In this document: piece after piece, positions 1 through 12,109 of the stretch
Numbering within the stretch: position 1 is the stretch's first letter
Layout of the letters: each line of letters begins with the position of its first letter
Origin: Glaucostegus cemiculus
Taxonomy: Eukaryota
Direction of reading: 5' to 3'
Length of the DNA stretch: 64,000 nt
Assembly (NCBI GenBank): GCA_976551045.1
Contig: CDPCPM010000233.1
Coordinates: 3,410,001 to 3,474,000, forward strand
Notes under the pieces: generated by a model
The model's database searches: none
Told to the model about the DNA's origin: nothing
Seen by the model: the letters and a program-made list of their open reading frames with translations, nothing else
Translations under genes and position numbers: made by a program

Positions 1-1820
1 CAGAGAATTCCACAGATTCACTACTCTCTGGCAAAAGCAGTTTCTCCTCATCTCCATCCTAAATCTATTCCCCCGAATCTTGAGGCTACGTCCCCTAGTT
101 CTAGTCTTACCTACCAGTGGACACAAATTTCCTGCGTCTACCTTATCTATCCCTTTCATGATTTAAAATGTGTCTATAAGATCCCCTCTTATTCTTCTGA
201 ATTCCAGCAAGTATAGTCCCAGGTGACTCAATCTCACTTCATAGGCTAACCCCCTCATCTCCAGAATCAACCTGGTGAACCTACTCTGCACTTCCTCCAA
301 AGCCAGTATATCTTCCCTCAAGTAAGGAGACCAGAACTGCATGCAGTGCTCCAGGTGCGGCCTCACCAGTACCCTGTACAGTTGCAGCATAACCTCTCTG
401 CTCCCAAATTCAATCCCTCGAGCAATGAAGGCCAATATTCCATTTGCCTTCTTGATAACCTGTTGCACCTGCAAACCAACCTTTTGTGATTCATGCACAA
501 GCACTCCCAAGTCCCTTTGCACAACAGCATGCTGCAATCTTTCACTATTTAAATAACAATCTGATCTTCTATTTTTCCTTAAGAAGTGGATGACCTTGTT
601 TTTACCAACATCTGCCGGACTCTTGTGCACTCATTTAACCTATCTATATCTCTCTGCAGACTCTCCGCATCCTCTGTACAATTTGCTTTTCCACTCAGTT
701 TAGTGTCATCAGCAAACTTGGATACGGTACACTCGGTCGCCTCTTCCAAATCGTTAATGTTTATCGTGAACGGTTGCGGGCCCAGCATCGACCCCTGAGA
801 CACCCCGCTCACCACTGATTGCTAACCAGAGAAACAACCATTTATCCCAACTCTCTGTCATCTATTGGTTAACCAACCCTCTATCCATTCTAATGCATTA
901 TCCCAACAGCTGGATGTTGTGTACTTGGATTTCCAAAAGGCGTTCAACAAGGTGCCGCATAAAAGACATTCATAAGATCCTTTACCTTGGATGTCTTTTA
1001 TGTGGCACCTTGTTGAATGCGTTTTGGAAATCCAAGTACACAACATCCACCTGCTCCTCTCTATCCACTGTGCTCATTATATCCTCAAAGACCTCCAGTA
1101 AGATTGCCAAACAGGCCTGCCCTTCCTGAATCCATGCTGTGTCTGCCTGACAGAACCACTTCTATCCAAATGTCTCACTATTTCTTCCTTAATAATAACT
1201 TCAAGCATTTTTCCGACTACAGACATTAAGCTAACTGGCCTATAGTTACCCGCCTCTTGCCTATATTCTTTTTTTAAACTGTGGCATGACATTCACTGTC
1301 TTCCATTCTGCCAGAACCTGCCTAGAGTCCAGAGAATTTTGGTAAATTATCACAAATTCCTCTACTATAAATTCCGCCATTTCTTTCAGTACCCTGAGAT
1401 GCATCCCATCAGAACCAGGGGGCTTGTCCATCTTTAGGCTCACTAGTTTGCTCATCACTACCTCTTTAGTGACAGCGATTGTATCGAGATCCTCACCTCC
1501 CATCGCATCCATAACATCACTCTTTGGCATGCTAAACGTGTTGTTCACCATGAAGACTGACACAAAATAGTCATTCAAGGTCTCGGCCCTTCCCACATTA
1601 TTCAATATTAATTCCCTCTTCTCTTCTTCCAAGGGACCTATGTTCACTTTAGCCATCCTTTTCTACTTTCTATAGTTATAAAAAAACTTCTACTATCTAT
1701 TTTTATATTTTGTGCTAGTTTACTTTCATAATCTATCTTCCCTTTCCTTATTGCTTGCCTAGTGGTTCTTTGTTACTTTTTAAAGTTTTCCCAATCTTCC
1801 AGTTTCCCACTACTCTTGCT
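1..1820 (-). mobile_element. CR1-clade LINE (HER1-like), decayed ORF2 RT region; runs off the window start
   Basis: Frameshifted minus-strand ORFs carry CR1 ORF2 motifs: GNYRPVSLMSVVGKMLE and QHGFRKGR (1077-1292), SGVSQGSMLGP and SKFADDTKL (579-815), LYRVLVRPHLEHCMQFWSP and RGDLI (163-630). Confidence 0.95.
911..1049. repeat. 59-bp inverted repeat (fold-back) inside CR1
   Basis: 911-969 is the reverse complement of 991-1049 with 3 mismatches; the spacer is 21 nt. Confidence 0.95.
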
Positions 1821-2789
1821 GATTGCACTTCTATGTACATCATTTTATAGAAAATGGATTTTTGCTTTTTTGGGGGCGCTAATATATTATTGTGTTCAGT
1901 GCTAGCTCTGAATTGGGTCTTTTCCCAACCACAAAAAAAGTAGTGATTAGTGGCATGTGTGTTTGGTGGCACACTTTAAGTATGAGCTATGCTAGTCCAG
2001 ATGGGAGCACTTCCAATTTGTTGAGCTGCTACCACGCCGATGCACGGCTATTAGAGAGGAGCACACTCCCCATGGCAGCCAGATAGAGGAAACACACTAT
2101 CACAGCCACGAAGGGAGGCTGGATAGGGCAGGGTGAAATAGCACTGTTCTTTGAGAGACAGATTTAAGTGCTGGTGACAGAGATTTATACCAGGAGGAAG
2201 AGCACAGGTATAATGGTGAAATACTGGGGTAAATATAATTAGATATGTCAGGGTGACATCCACAGCTCTGTAAATGCTATTCTCTAATGCTGATGCACAC
2301 ACACCAATCCATCCTGCACTCTCTTTCCCACAATAGTTAGTTGTTCCACACAACACCCAAGCGCATCAATCAAACTTATAAAAATGTATTAATAAAGTTA
2401 CTTCCTTAATATCTTCTACTGCAATACAAGCTACCAGGAATAGGAGGAGGGCTACCCATGTGGGAGAGGGAGCCTCTCGTAAACGGTATCCTCATTAGTT
2501 AAATTCTCTAAGAAGCACTCTTTGAAAATTGGAGCACAGACTGAGTGACAGATGAGCAGTTTCCAGCAAATGCTATGAAATGTCCTGTTGTGAGCTGAGT
2601 GGCCTCTTAAGTAACCTTTAGATGTTGTACATTTTTCTGACAATTGGACCTTGGAGGTCCAAAAGTGTGTTGCACAACAATTGACATCTTTAAATGTGTT
2701 TTTTCACTGGAAGAATAACAAGAGATTTTATCATGATTCAGGAGAAGTGTCTCATATTTTATTTTCTGCCAATGCCAGAGACTTTATTT

Positions 2790-3205
2790 ATTTATTTATT
2801 TATATTTCAGGCTCTGGATATCAGTGACAAGGTCAGCGTTCATTTTCCATCTGAATTGACCTTGATCAAATTGGCTGGCTGGACGATTTAAGGGGGCATT
2901 TGAGAATCAACCACATTGATGAGTCTGAAGTCATGAATAAGCCAGACCAGGTAAGGATGGCACATTTTCTCCCTTAAAGGGCAGTAGAGAATATTGTGGG
3001 TTTTCAGAAGAAACTGTTTTTATGGTCATCATTCCCAATGACTATCTTTTAAAAAAAATCCACGCTATTAACCATAGAACCATAGAACAATACAGCACAC
3101 AGAACTTCAGTTCCACAGCTGTGATGATGGTATTTGAACTCAGGTGTCTAGATTGTTAGTCCTCTTTTTGGTGACTAGTCTGGTAATTTAACCACTGCAC
3201 CACTA
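2790..3205 (-). mobile_element. tRNA-derived SINE with a tail shared with the CR1-like LINE at 40150-41620; contains a ~30-bp CR1 3' tail insertion at ~3070-3100
   Basis: The minus-strand head tagtggtgcagtggttaa...gagttcaaatacc is A/B-box-like. The tail at 2810-2860 resembles 40170-40212. ccatagaaccatagaacaatacagcac is the reverse complement of a CR1 terminus. Confidence 0.65.
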
Positions 3206-3397
3206 TAATACGCAGTCCAATTGGTATAATTTCACCTGGGAATGACTGCTGAGGTGATTTATTCCTGAATTCACAGTTTTGTTGTTGCACTGTGCTGAAT
3301 AGACCAGCATTATTCTGTCTAATTTGCAGCCAGGTGGACCTGTATTGCCTAGAGAGTAAAAGTGAAAATACAACAGCAGCATCCCCTTCCCCAGCTG

Positions 3398-3760
3398 AAG
3401 GTGCAGCAGCTAATTCTGCTGCCTCATTGCTCCAGGGACCCGGGTTTGCTTTTGTCCTTGGGTTCTATCTGTGTGGAGTTTGCACTTTCTCCCTGTGACC
3501 ACCTGGACTTCTGCCGGTAGCTCCAGCTTCCTACCATATCCCAAGATCCTGCTGATAGGCTAACTTGCTCCTGTAATGACCCCTTAGTGTAAGTAAGTGG
3601 CAAAAAGAATGAAAGGGGAGATGGTGGGCCTGTGAGAGTCAATAGGCTGCAGGGGTACAGGGTAAAAAGGAGTCAGGGAATGGGACTGATGGGATTGCTC
3701 TGTTGTGAGCTGACATGAATCTGAGGAGCTGTCTGGCCTCCCCCTTCACTGTAACAGGTA
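3398..3760 (+). mobile_element. V-type tRNA SINE (HE1-like) with CR1-type tail
   Basis: Head, then core tgtgtggagtttgcactttctccctgtgacc...ctccagcttcctaccatatccc, then tail gggattgctctg...tggcctccccc. Confidence 0.75.
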
Positions 3761-3847
3761 AGCAATTTAAGCATTTCTACAATGAAAAGCATTATCCTTG
3801 GAAAAAAGGCTTTCAAGAATGGATGTTCCCCTTTGTAAGATTGAGGA

Positions 3848-3981
3848 GCATATGGAGGAATTTAAGATAGAGGGATATATGGGAGGAAGGGGTTAGATAG
3901 CCTTAGGAGTGGTTTGAAGGTTGGCACAACATGGTGGGCCGAAGGGCCTGTATTGTGTTGTACTGTTCTATGGTTCTATGG
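3848..3981 (+). mobile_element. CR1 3' terminal fragment
   Basis: gggccgaagggcctgtattgtg...ttctatggttctatgg tail; near-identical to 17510-17644. Confidence 0.85.
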
Positions 3982-4799
3982 TACTTGTGCATCAGCAATC
4001 GGCTTCCAAATCTCTGAGAGTGCCTCCCTTGTAATTTGATGGACTTGTGCAGCGTAATCTCTACATCCACTGACATTTTCAGATAACAATTGCTGTGATA
4101 TCCAAATGCAGCCCTCTCAATTTTAAAATCCATAATGCTGAGAAAGTTGTGCATGTCCCATATTGCAAATCAAATCATCTTCAGCCTCTGAAATCATAGG
4201 GTGCAGTTCCCTGGGACAGGGGCAAATCTGAGGTCCCAACTCTGTTAACATGAGCATTAACAATGCCAGGATACTGATGAAGAGGAGAGAATTCACTTGG
4301 ATTCATCACCGAAATTCTTAAAGACTAACTTTGCCAAGACAGATCTAAAGTACTTGGATTTAAATCCTTTTGGGGTCTTGTTGCAGATTGGTTGTGTGTT
4401 GGGCTGGGAAAACAATAGGGAATTCACTGGAAGAGTAGCTCACTGGATGAAATATTGGAGGCATGCTGAGCGTGGACGTATAGCCATAACACTACCTTTC
4501 ACCCAACAGCCCTTATCTCCCTCTGGATATATCCTCTGGCTTTATTTGAGCTTCATTCCCTGTTAACATTGGCAGCTCAGCTCCAATCCTGTTCCCGCTT
4601 TACCGAGACCACCACTATGGAAGGAAGCAGGCAGTAACATCAGCCTTTCTGAGATTTCCTGGCATCCCCACTCCCCTAAACCCACCCTCCTCCTCGCCTG
4701 CCCATTGACCATAACCTTCACTCCCTCCCTGTAAATATTGGGGCTTGTGTATCTGAAACATTAAAATGACCAGTCAAGCATATTTCAGGAATCACTCCA

Positions 4800-4985
4800 T
4801 TAATAGCAGATCAGGCATGATCTGAGGAGAGAGAAAAACAGAGTTAATGTTTCAGATTGATAGTTGTTCATTAACCTGAAGCATTAGCTGTTTCCCTGTC
4901 CACAGATTCTGACTGAATTGTGATATATTTCCTACATCTTCTGTTTTCATTTCAGAATTTCTAGCATCCACAGTTTTTACTTCTT
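4800..4985. mobile_element. Penelope pLTR-derived short palindromic element (decayed)
   Basis: gcagatcaggcatgatctgaggagagagaaaaacagagttaatgtttcag is followed by an inverted copy of the same motif. Confidence 0.6.
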
Positions 4986-5699
4986 GAAGTTACTCCATTG
5001 TTATATTTCAGTTCCAATTCTGGTTCTATATCTGTTGGATTTCAAAGTATTGTTATTGAGATAGCAATTAAGTTTGTCAGATATAATTTACCTTTATACA
5101 TTTGTGTTGCACTTTAATTTACTGACCTGTTTTTTTTTCCTTTGTGATTATTTTGTCTCAGCTTAATATCTCTAATTGATTCCCCCATTTGTGGATCAAG
5201 TTGATCAGCTTTCAGCTGATGGGTTTAAATGAGGATGTAATGTTAGTAGCCTTCCAATTGCCCAGCATCAAGATCCAAGGAAGACTGAGTGACAGTATCA
5301 GAGGTTTCCTCTTTAAGTGGATCAAATACAGCTATCAAGTGATTGGTCAATGGCCACCTAATTGGTCTTCATCCAGATCTTTGACTAATGATGCTGATTA
5401 ATTAACCCAGGAAGTATAATGAGCACATTAATTATCATGCTGATGGCTTCAAACAAAGATCTTCACTATTTAGACTAGGGATGAAGAAGATCAACACTGT
5501 GTTGCTTAGCTGATGATGGTTAGTCTACTTTCTCCAACGTTTTTTCCTTTATGGTTCAGATCACACGTTGAATAGTTCTGGTCATCTGGTGCAAGGTTAG
5601 TTCTTTCTGATGAACTCTTTCTGAAACTATCATTTTAAGACTCTTTTTTTTGATATTTTCTTATGACACAGAAGGAGGTAATTCAGAGTATTGAGTCTA

Positions 5700-5985
5700 T
5701 GCCAGCTAGCAGAGTAACCTAGCCTTCCCACATTCCTGTCAACTCCCCTCAGATTCTCTCAGTCACCTACATTCTAGGGATAATTTAATGAGGCCAATTA
5801 ACCTACCAACCTGCATGTTTTTGGGATGTGGGAGGAAAATGGAGCACCGGGGGTGTGGGGACCCATTCAGTGACAGGGAGACTGTGCAATAAACACACAC
5901 ACCTTCCACCTCCCCACCTCCACCAAAGTCAGCACTGAACTCTGATTTCTGATACCCCGAGGCAGCAGTTCTCCTAGCTGCACCA
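5700..5985 (-). mobile_element. V-type tRNA SINE
   Basis: ttgggatgtgggaggaaaatggagcacc is the reverse complement of the V-SINE core. Confidence 0.7.
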
Positions 5986-7049
5986 GTTTGTTGCCTGTAA
6001 CTTTAATTTGAATTTGAAAGTTTGCAGTTTCACCCTCCTCAGTAAAATTATGTGTCTTTATAAAAAGATGTTTGTTAGTCAAAATACTATGAAAAACAGA
6101 TAGGATTCTGCCAGATCATTCTACTCTTTATCTAAGTGTGGGCAAGGAAGAGAGAAAACCCTTTATTACTTCAATGATTGGTGGTTATTAACAAAATTCA
6201 AGCCCACGCGAAAGCAAAGAATACAGTAGTTTGGTAAGGCCAGAAGTATTGTCAAGCTCCAAGTAAAGGCCAAAAAGCTGGTCATTATATTTTAGAATGT
6301 GGTTTGTCAGACTATAAAATTGTTACCTGAGAACAGACTGGCTCTGTACTGTACACTGCTGGGTGTGGACTGCTCTCCAATAATCTAACACCACTCGTGG
6401 ATAGAGTCTTGTTTATAAAAAGCCCCCTTCAATGCATTTCCAAGAGATAAGGGGTTTTGTCTACTGTAACATAACTCCAGTGAAACTACAATGGTTCTTA
6501 CTGTCTTAGCAGAAGAAATAAAGCTCTGCTGGGCAGATGGATTAGATTCCAGTGGTGTGTGATACTGGCTGTGAAAGCTCGTTAAAGACAGTGCATTACA
6601 CGTCGTGGGTTCATTTGGGACAGTGAATGTTTGTTATATCGTCATCTGAGCTGTTGCTTGAGTATTGGAATACACCATTTGTTCAGGCAGCACCATGTAT
6701 TTCCTACAATCAATGCAACAATGATTTTAACTCTTAGAATGCAACCACTGGTACTAAGCAGAAGTTTGTAAGATGTGGCTGTTTGCTAATATATCAAACT
6801 TTATCGGAAGGTTTCTGATCGTACTCTGCGATTTTTGTCCTTCCTCGTTGCTTTCTCCGTTTCCCTCCTAACATCATTAACCTGTAGTCAGGTGCAGCTG
6901 GGACCTTCTCGCAATGCTTCACCTTCCTCCCCTCTGGTGATTTTGCAAACTTATTTTATGTATTAGGGGCAGTTTCTCCAGCTCTCACACCCAGGTTAAC
7001 CCCTTTTACATGGTGCTGGGGTAGTGTCACCAGACTTCTGTTTAACGCG

Positions 7050-7240
7050 TACAACATGCAAGATGCTGGAGGAACTTGATGGGTCAAGCAGCATCTTTGG
7101 GCTGAATCCCTTCACCTGGGTTGCGAAGGGTCTCGGCCTGAAATGTTGACTGTCCATTTCCCTCTGTAGATGCTGCCTGACCTGCTGAGTTCTTCCAGCA
7201 TCTTGTGTGTTGCTTCAGATTCCAGCATCTGCAGTCTTCT
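7050..7240 (+). mobile_element. Penelope pLTR-derived palindromic mini-element
   Basis: caacatgcaagatgctggaggaact...gcagcatct is inverted against agatgctgcctgacctgctgagttcttccagcatcttgtgtgttg. A hammerhead remnant gaagggtctcggcctgaaatgttgactg lies between the arms. Confidence 0.8.
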
Positions 7241-7279
7241 GTTTAACTCATACCCTGGTATTGTTTGCTGTCACTCAGT

Positions 7280-7560
7280 GTCAGCCTTGACTCAACTGGT
7301 AGACCTCTGGGCAGAAGGTTATGGGGTCAGGGTCCGTACTAGAGGCCTGAACACATAAACTAGGTTGATGTTCAGGTGCTGTAGTTAAGAAATGTTGAAT
7401 GTCAGATGAGCTGTGATTTAGTAGTGACGTTGTGGACCCTGTGTATCCTCTTTGTTCCTGAGGGGCCTCCAGTGCAGTCTTCCATTGGGAGCCTGAACCT
7501 AAGTCTTTGGGCCTGGCACAGCATATTACATAGGTTGTCCCAGCACAAGACAATGGACTG
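7280..7560 (+). mobile_element. Deu-type (SacSINE1-like) SINE remnant
   Basis: actcaactggtag...cagaaggttatggggtc...aacacataaactaggttgatg resembles the head of this family, from recall. Confidence 0.5.
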
Positions 7561-7894
7561 CACTTGCTGGATGGCTTTGACAGCCGGTGAGGATAGCCCC
7601 CACCCCATCCTCCATCTCCCCAGACTCCCAGGTATGAAAGCAGTCAGTGTGGGCAGGGCCATTAAATGCTTATGAGTGTTCTTTTAACATTCAGTAACAT
7701 TCAAGACGTGTAAAAGTACAGTAATAAATACATAGTTAAAAATTAATAGTAGTAATTTTTTTCTATATTTTTAAAAAGCTAAATAGCACATCCACAATCT
7801 ACAGTTTTTCAGCGTCATTTAAATTAACTTCAACAAATACCAAAAACCCAGCTCCTGATCTTTCTCATGTTTAACTCAACATAGACCCTGGGGC

Positions 7895-8400
7895 AGATTC
7901 CAAGATCCAAGATCCAAGATTGCTTTATTGTCATTGAACCGTGGAGACAACAGAATAACGAGATTTCATTGGCACTCCCATGTCAGACAATAGGCACAGT
8001 ACTTAAATATTAAATAAATAGAGAATAAATTAAGTTAGAGTTTACACTGTAGGGTTTACTTGATGTATTAGAGGGAGAGAGAGAAGAGCGAGAAAGAACT
8101 AGTGCAATCTGTGAAATTTAAAGTCCTTGTTTAAGATTTTCACGGCGTTGGGGAAGAAGCTATTCCTCAATCTGGCCGTAGACATGTGGAATGTCCTGAA
8201 GCATTTCTTTGAAGGGAGCAGACTGAAGAGGTGATGGGCCAGGTGGGTAGAGTCCTTAATGATGTTTGTAGCCTTGTTCAGACACTGGGACTCATAAATG
8301 TCCGCCAATGTGGGTAGGCGCACCCCTGTGATCTTCCGTGCCATGTCAATCACCTGCTGTAGGCCTTTCCTCTCTTTGTTGGTACAGCTGGCATACCATT
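7895..8400 (-). mobile_element. Rex1/Babar LINE 3' fragment
   Basis: ORF 8099-8428 reads IIKDSTHLAHHLFSLLPSKKCFR...RLRNSFFPNAV; tail aataaagcaatcttggatcttggatcttg. Confidence 0.9.
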
Positions 8401-8469
8401 CCTCAGTCTGATGTAACAGATAATACAATCCTAAATGCCTTGATGTTCGTCTCCCACACTTATGTTCTA

Positions 8470-9030
8470 ATAGTCCTGTTTTGGTAAAAACTTTCCAGTT
8501 TTGATACAGGTTGTCCAGTTTTTCTAATGATTCTCCAGCTTACATACAAACTCACCAATTTTGGTACAAGGAGGCTGGTTTGGTAGATATGTTTCAGTTC
8601 TGGGACAGACTTTGGTGTTTTTGTAATGTCCTGTTTTGGTGTAGACTCTGGTTTTGGTACAAATTGTCTGGATTTGGTACACTTGGACCAGTTTGATTCC
8701 CGTTTCGGTATAGGTTGTCCATTTTTAACACCAAGTATCCAGGTTTGGTACAAGCTAGCTGGTCTCAGTATGCGCTTTCTAGTTTTGGAAATCTAACCGT
8801 ATTTATTAGGAATGCTCAGTTTTTGCATGGATTTCCCAGTTTTGGTGCAGATCTTTCACCTTTGGAAAAGATACCCCTTTTTTAGCACAGACTCTTCAGT
8901 TCATTACTGACTCTTCAGATCTGGCAAACATTCTCTGCCACAGACTCAGGTTCTGGTGTTAACTGTCCAGTTTTGGAGCTGATGTTTCATTTTGGAAGGG
9001 ACATTCTGATATTTCATTGGACTGGTACAT
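8470..9030. repeat. Old degenerate tandem array, ~20-21-nt unit (consensus approx. tccagttttggtacagact)
   Basis: Recurrent ccagttttggta / ctggttttggtaca motifs at roughly 20-nt spacing. Confidence 0.75.
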
Positions 9031-9041
9031 GAATTTTAGAA

Positions 9042-9195
9042 CCAAAAACAGAAAATTCTGGAAAAACTCAGCAGGTTGGACAGTATCTGTCGAAGGGGAA
9101 ACAGTCCATATCAATGACTGGGCACTGACCCAGAACTCTGAGTTTTTCTAGGGTTTTCTATTTTGTTCAGATTTTCAGCATCTGCATTTTTTTGA
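9042..9195. mobile_element. Penelope pLTR-derived palindromic mini-element
   Basis: aaacagaaaattctggaaaaactcag is inverted against ctgagtttttctagggttttctattttg. Confidence 0.7.
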
Positions 9196-9561
9196 TAACC
9201 AAATTTTTAGACTGTGAGACAGACTCAGAAGAGGTTTTGAAATGGAAATTCATTGCTCCTTTCTCAGTGATGTTTTCCTGTTCCAAACAGGTTCTCAGCA
9301 TTTTCAATGAATAATCCTTTTTTTAAGGTTGCGTGGAAACAATATGACCTGGTGAAACTAGACTGAGCCCAGCCCAACATTGTGGTCACAAAGTGTTCCA
9401 GTGCATCAGATGAGCAACAGATTGGATGGATTTAGTGAGAAGTGACATTTTCAAGGACAGTTGCTGGGGCCACATCCCATCAGGTAATTTCAATGGAGGT
9501 AAAATCAGAAGACTTTGAGTTAGCTTAATGTGTGTAATACCAATCGGCCTCTTTTTTTATC

Positions 9562-9680
9562 AATTCAAGTAAAAATTTACTGTCATAGGCATGCATACAC
9601 AGGGTATAAATGCCATGAAAAATAACTTTTTGCAGCAGCATAGTACACTACAAGAATGACAAACATGGATTAACAAACTT
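9562..9680 (-). mobile_element. Rex1-type 3' tail fragment
   Basis: tttactgtcataggcatgc...gccatgaaaaataactttttgcagcagcat resembles 48165-48235. Confidence 0.55.
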
Positions 9681-10729
9681 AAAGAACCAAATTCCTTCTC
9701 CCTTTCTTCCATTAACATGAAAAAGTGGCAAATCATATTTTAAAGATTGTACACGTTTATTTCTGGATAGCACAATACACCCATTCCTGCTACCCCTCCC
9801 CTCTTTCCAACCCCTCCCCATTGTCACATCTTAATGGGCCGAAAGGGCCTGTTATCACGCTGTAAATAAATTTAAATTAAAAAAAAAATCTCCTTGAAGT
9901 TCCGTTACCATAACTCTACTGAAGCAAAGTTTAAATCTTGGACCAATGACAACTATTTTGGGTTTGGAATCAGTAGCTCCAGTAGTGCTGTTGTGCACAG
10001 CAGCTTGGTGATATTGAACCATATTGTGGCAAAAGGTCTTCCATTCCTTATCTGTTGCCTGGGAAACATACAACTATCAAACTTAGAGTTGTGGTGGGTT
10101 TCTTGAGGTACAAGGGCAGGAAGCAATTGTAACCTTAAATCAATGTTCTTGAAAATGTTGATAAGATCTTATCATAACTGATTGGAAATTCTGTGCCAGA
10201 TAAGCAGTTTGGGACAGTAGAACGTGTTGTGATATATTGTGATTTTTTCTACCACTGGTTAAAATCCAAAGTTGTTTACAAGAACTGCACGCACATTCTA
10301 CACATTATGTAACACGCTGTTTCAGGGGTATCACTTTTCACACAGAATGCACCTGTTCACCTTCACTGTGCAAATAACATTTTAAAAAAAGTCAGTGACC
10401 ACATCATTAGCTCAAAAATAACGCAAAGGGTGAGAGGGGGAGAGGGAGAAATGGGGAACAGGAGAGGGGAGAGAGGATGGAGGAAATATGGTAGGTGGAA
10501 TTGGAGGAAAGAGAAGGGGAAAAGTGACGAGGAGAGGGAGAGAATGGGGGGGCTTTTAATTGAAAGTCATGTTCTAGTTTGATTTGCTACACTCACACTC
10601 TGTCTGTCTGTCTCTCCTTCTCTCATTTTTCTTCCCTTTGGAATAAAACAGCACTTGAGCAGTTCAATATGATATCTGGGACAAGGCAGCCCACCTGATT
10701 GGTACTCTGACAATAAAAGTCCATGACCA

Positions 10730-11460
10730 GACCCTTGAAAATGTGGACCACTTCCCATTTCTCAGCAACTAACTCTCCGTGAAGGTAGATGTAATCCATT
10801 GGCACCTTCAAAGTGTCAGCACAGCCTTGAGACATCTGAGGATGACAGTGTTTAAAGATCAGGGCCTCAAACCTGTCCTGAAGCTCTTGGTTTATCAGAC
10901 AGCAGGTGTGCCTCACTCCTGTTTGCTTTAGTGTTGTAGACTACCTACAGGAAACACCTCAAAGAACTGGAGAGGTATCATCAGTACTAAAAGTTCCTCC
11001 AAATTCCTTGGCAGGATAAGCAAGTCAACATCAGTGTTCTCTCCCAGGCCAACCTCTCTACCACTCAGGCTGATCCATTGCCTGGCTCCAGACTCTGAAA
11101 CAGACCCTCTTCTCCATCAGAATAAGTGATCGCCTATGAATCAGTTCACTACCTTGTAAAGAGTATAACAGCTTCATCAACTCATGGGATACTTTGGCTC
11201 ATGATGGATCAAAATGGAGAAGGAGCATTGGGAAGCCACTGAACACCCCTAGTTGCCCCAGTGGGAACACATGGGGCCCAAGCACAAACAGTGGAAAGAG
11301 CACAGATCCTCCCTAATAACTCACCCACCCACCCCATCAAGCAGCTTTGTGCACCTGAGGTAGGGTTATGGATAAGGGACTTGTCAGTGAGCTCAGAATC
11401 CATGAGACTAGAGTGGAAGCAAGTCATCCTCAGTGTTGAAGGACTGTGTAAGGAGATGTG
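10730..11460 (+). mobile_element. RTE-clade LINE remnant
   Basis: Colinear similarity to 19970-20745; 3' end agtggaagcaagtcatcctcagtgttgaaggactg. Confidence 0.7.
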
Positions 11461-11854
11461 TATGATTGGAATCCCAATTATCCAGTCTTTTAATGAGTCA
11501 TTTTCTTGTTTGTTGCACTTTAATGACACTTTGAATGTGTCATTTGACTTTGAAAATGCAAGTCAGTACAAGTCAAAACAAAAATCCAAAAGCACTCACG
11601 CTCTGAAGACTATCATGTTCTCTGTCATGTTCATTGGTTGCCTGCGAGTGGTGAGCATTATAAAGCATTGGGTCAGATGGGCTTCCTTTGGCTCGTGGTT
11701 CTGAGCTCTGGAGTTTGAAATTCTCATCCTTGAGCACAAAACCCTCCATGTCCTTGACCCTCCCAGTCTCTGAAACCTCACTCAGTCTGAGACCTCTCCT
11801 CTGTCCTTGACCATTGGTTCAGCATTGTGGCCATAACTAATCTTGCCTCATAAA

Positions 11855-12100
11855 TAAGGAAGCAGCCATTCAGCCCAACATGTCCAGACCAACTGGGGGG
11901 AGAGAAGATTTTTCCAGCTGAGCCAACCTCCAAGCTCTTGGACCACAGGTCTCAGTGCTTCAAGTGCTCATCTGGTGCCTTTTAAATGGGATGAAGGTTT
12001 CAGAATCCTCCACTCTTTGGGGCAGTATTTTTCTAACCCACACCACTCTTTAGGTAACACATTTCCTTGAGATCTAGTCTGGTCATTGTGGAATTCAGAC
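11855..12100 (-). mobile_element. CR1 3' fragment (old)
   Basis: cagccattcagcccaaca is the reverse complement of a CR1 tail, followed by degenerate 3' ORF2 sequence. Confidence 0.55.
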
Positions 12101-12109
12101 CCAGAACCT

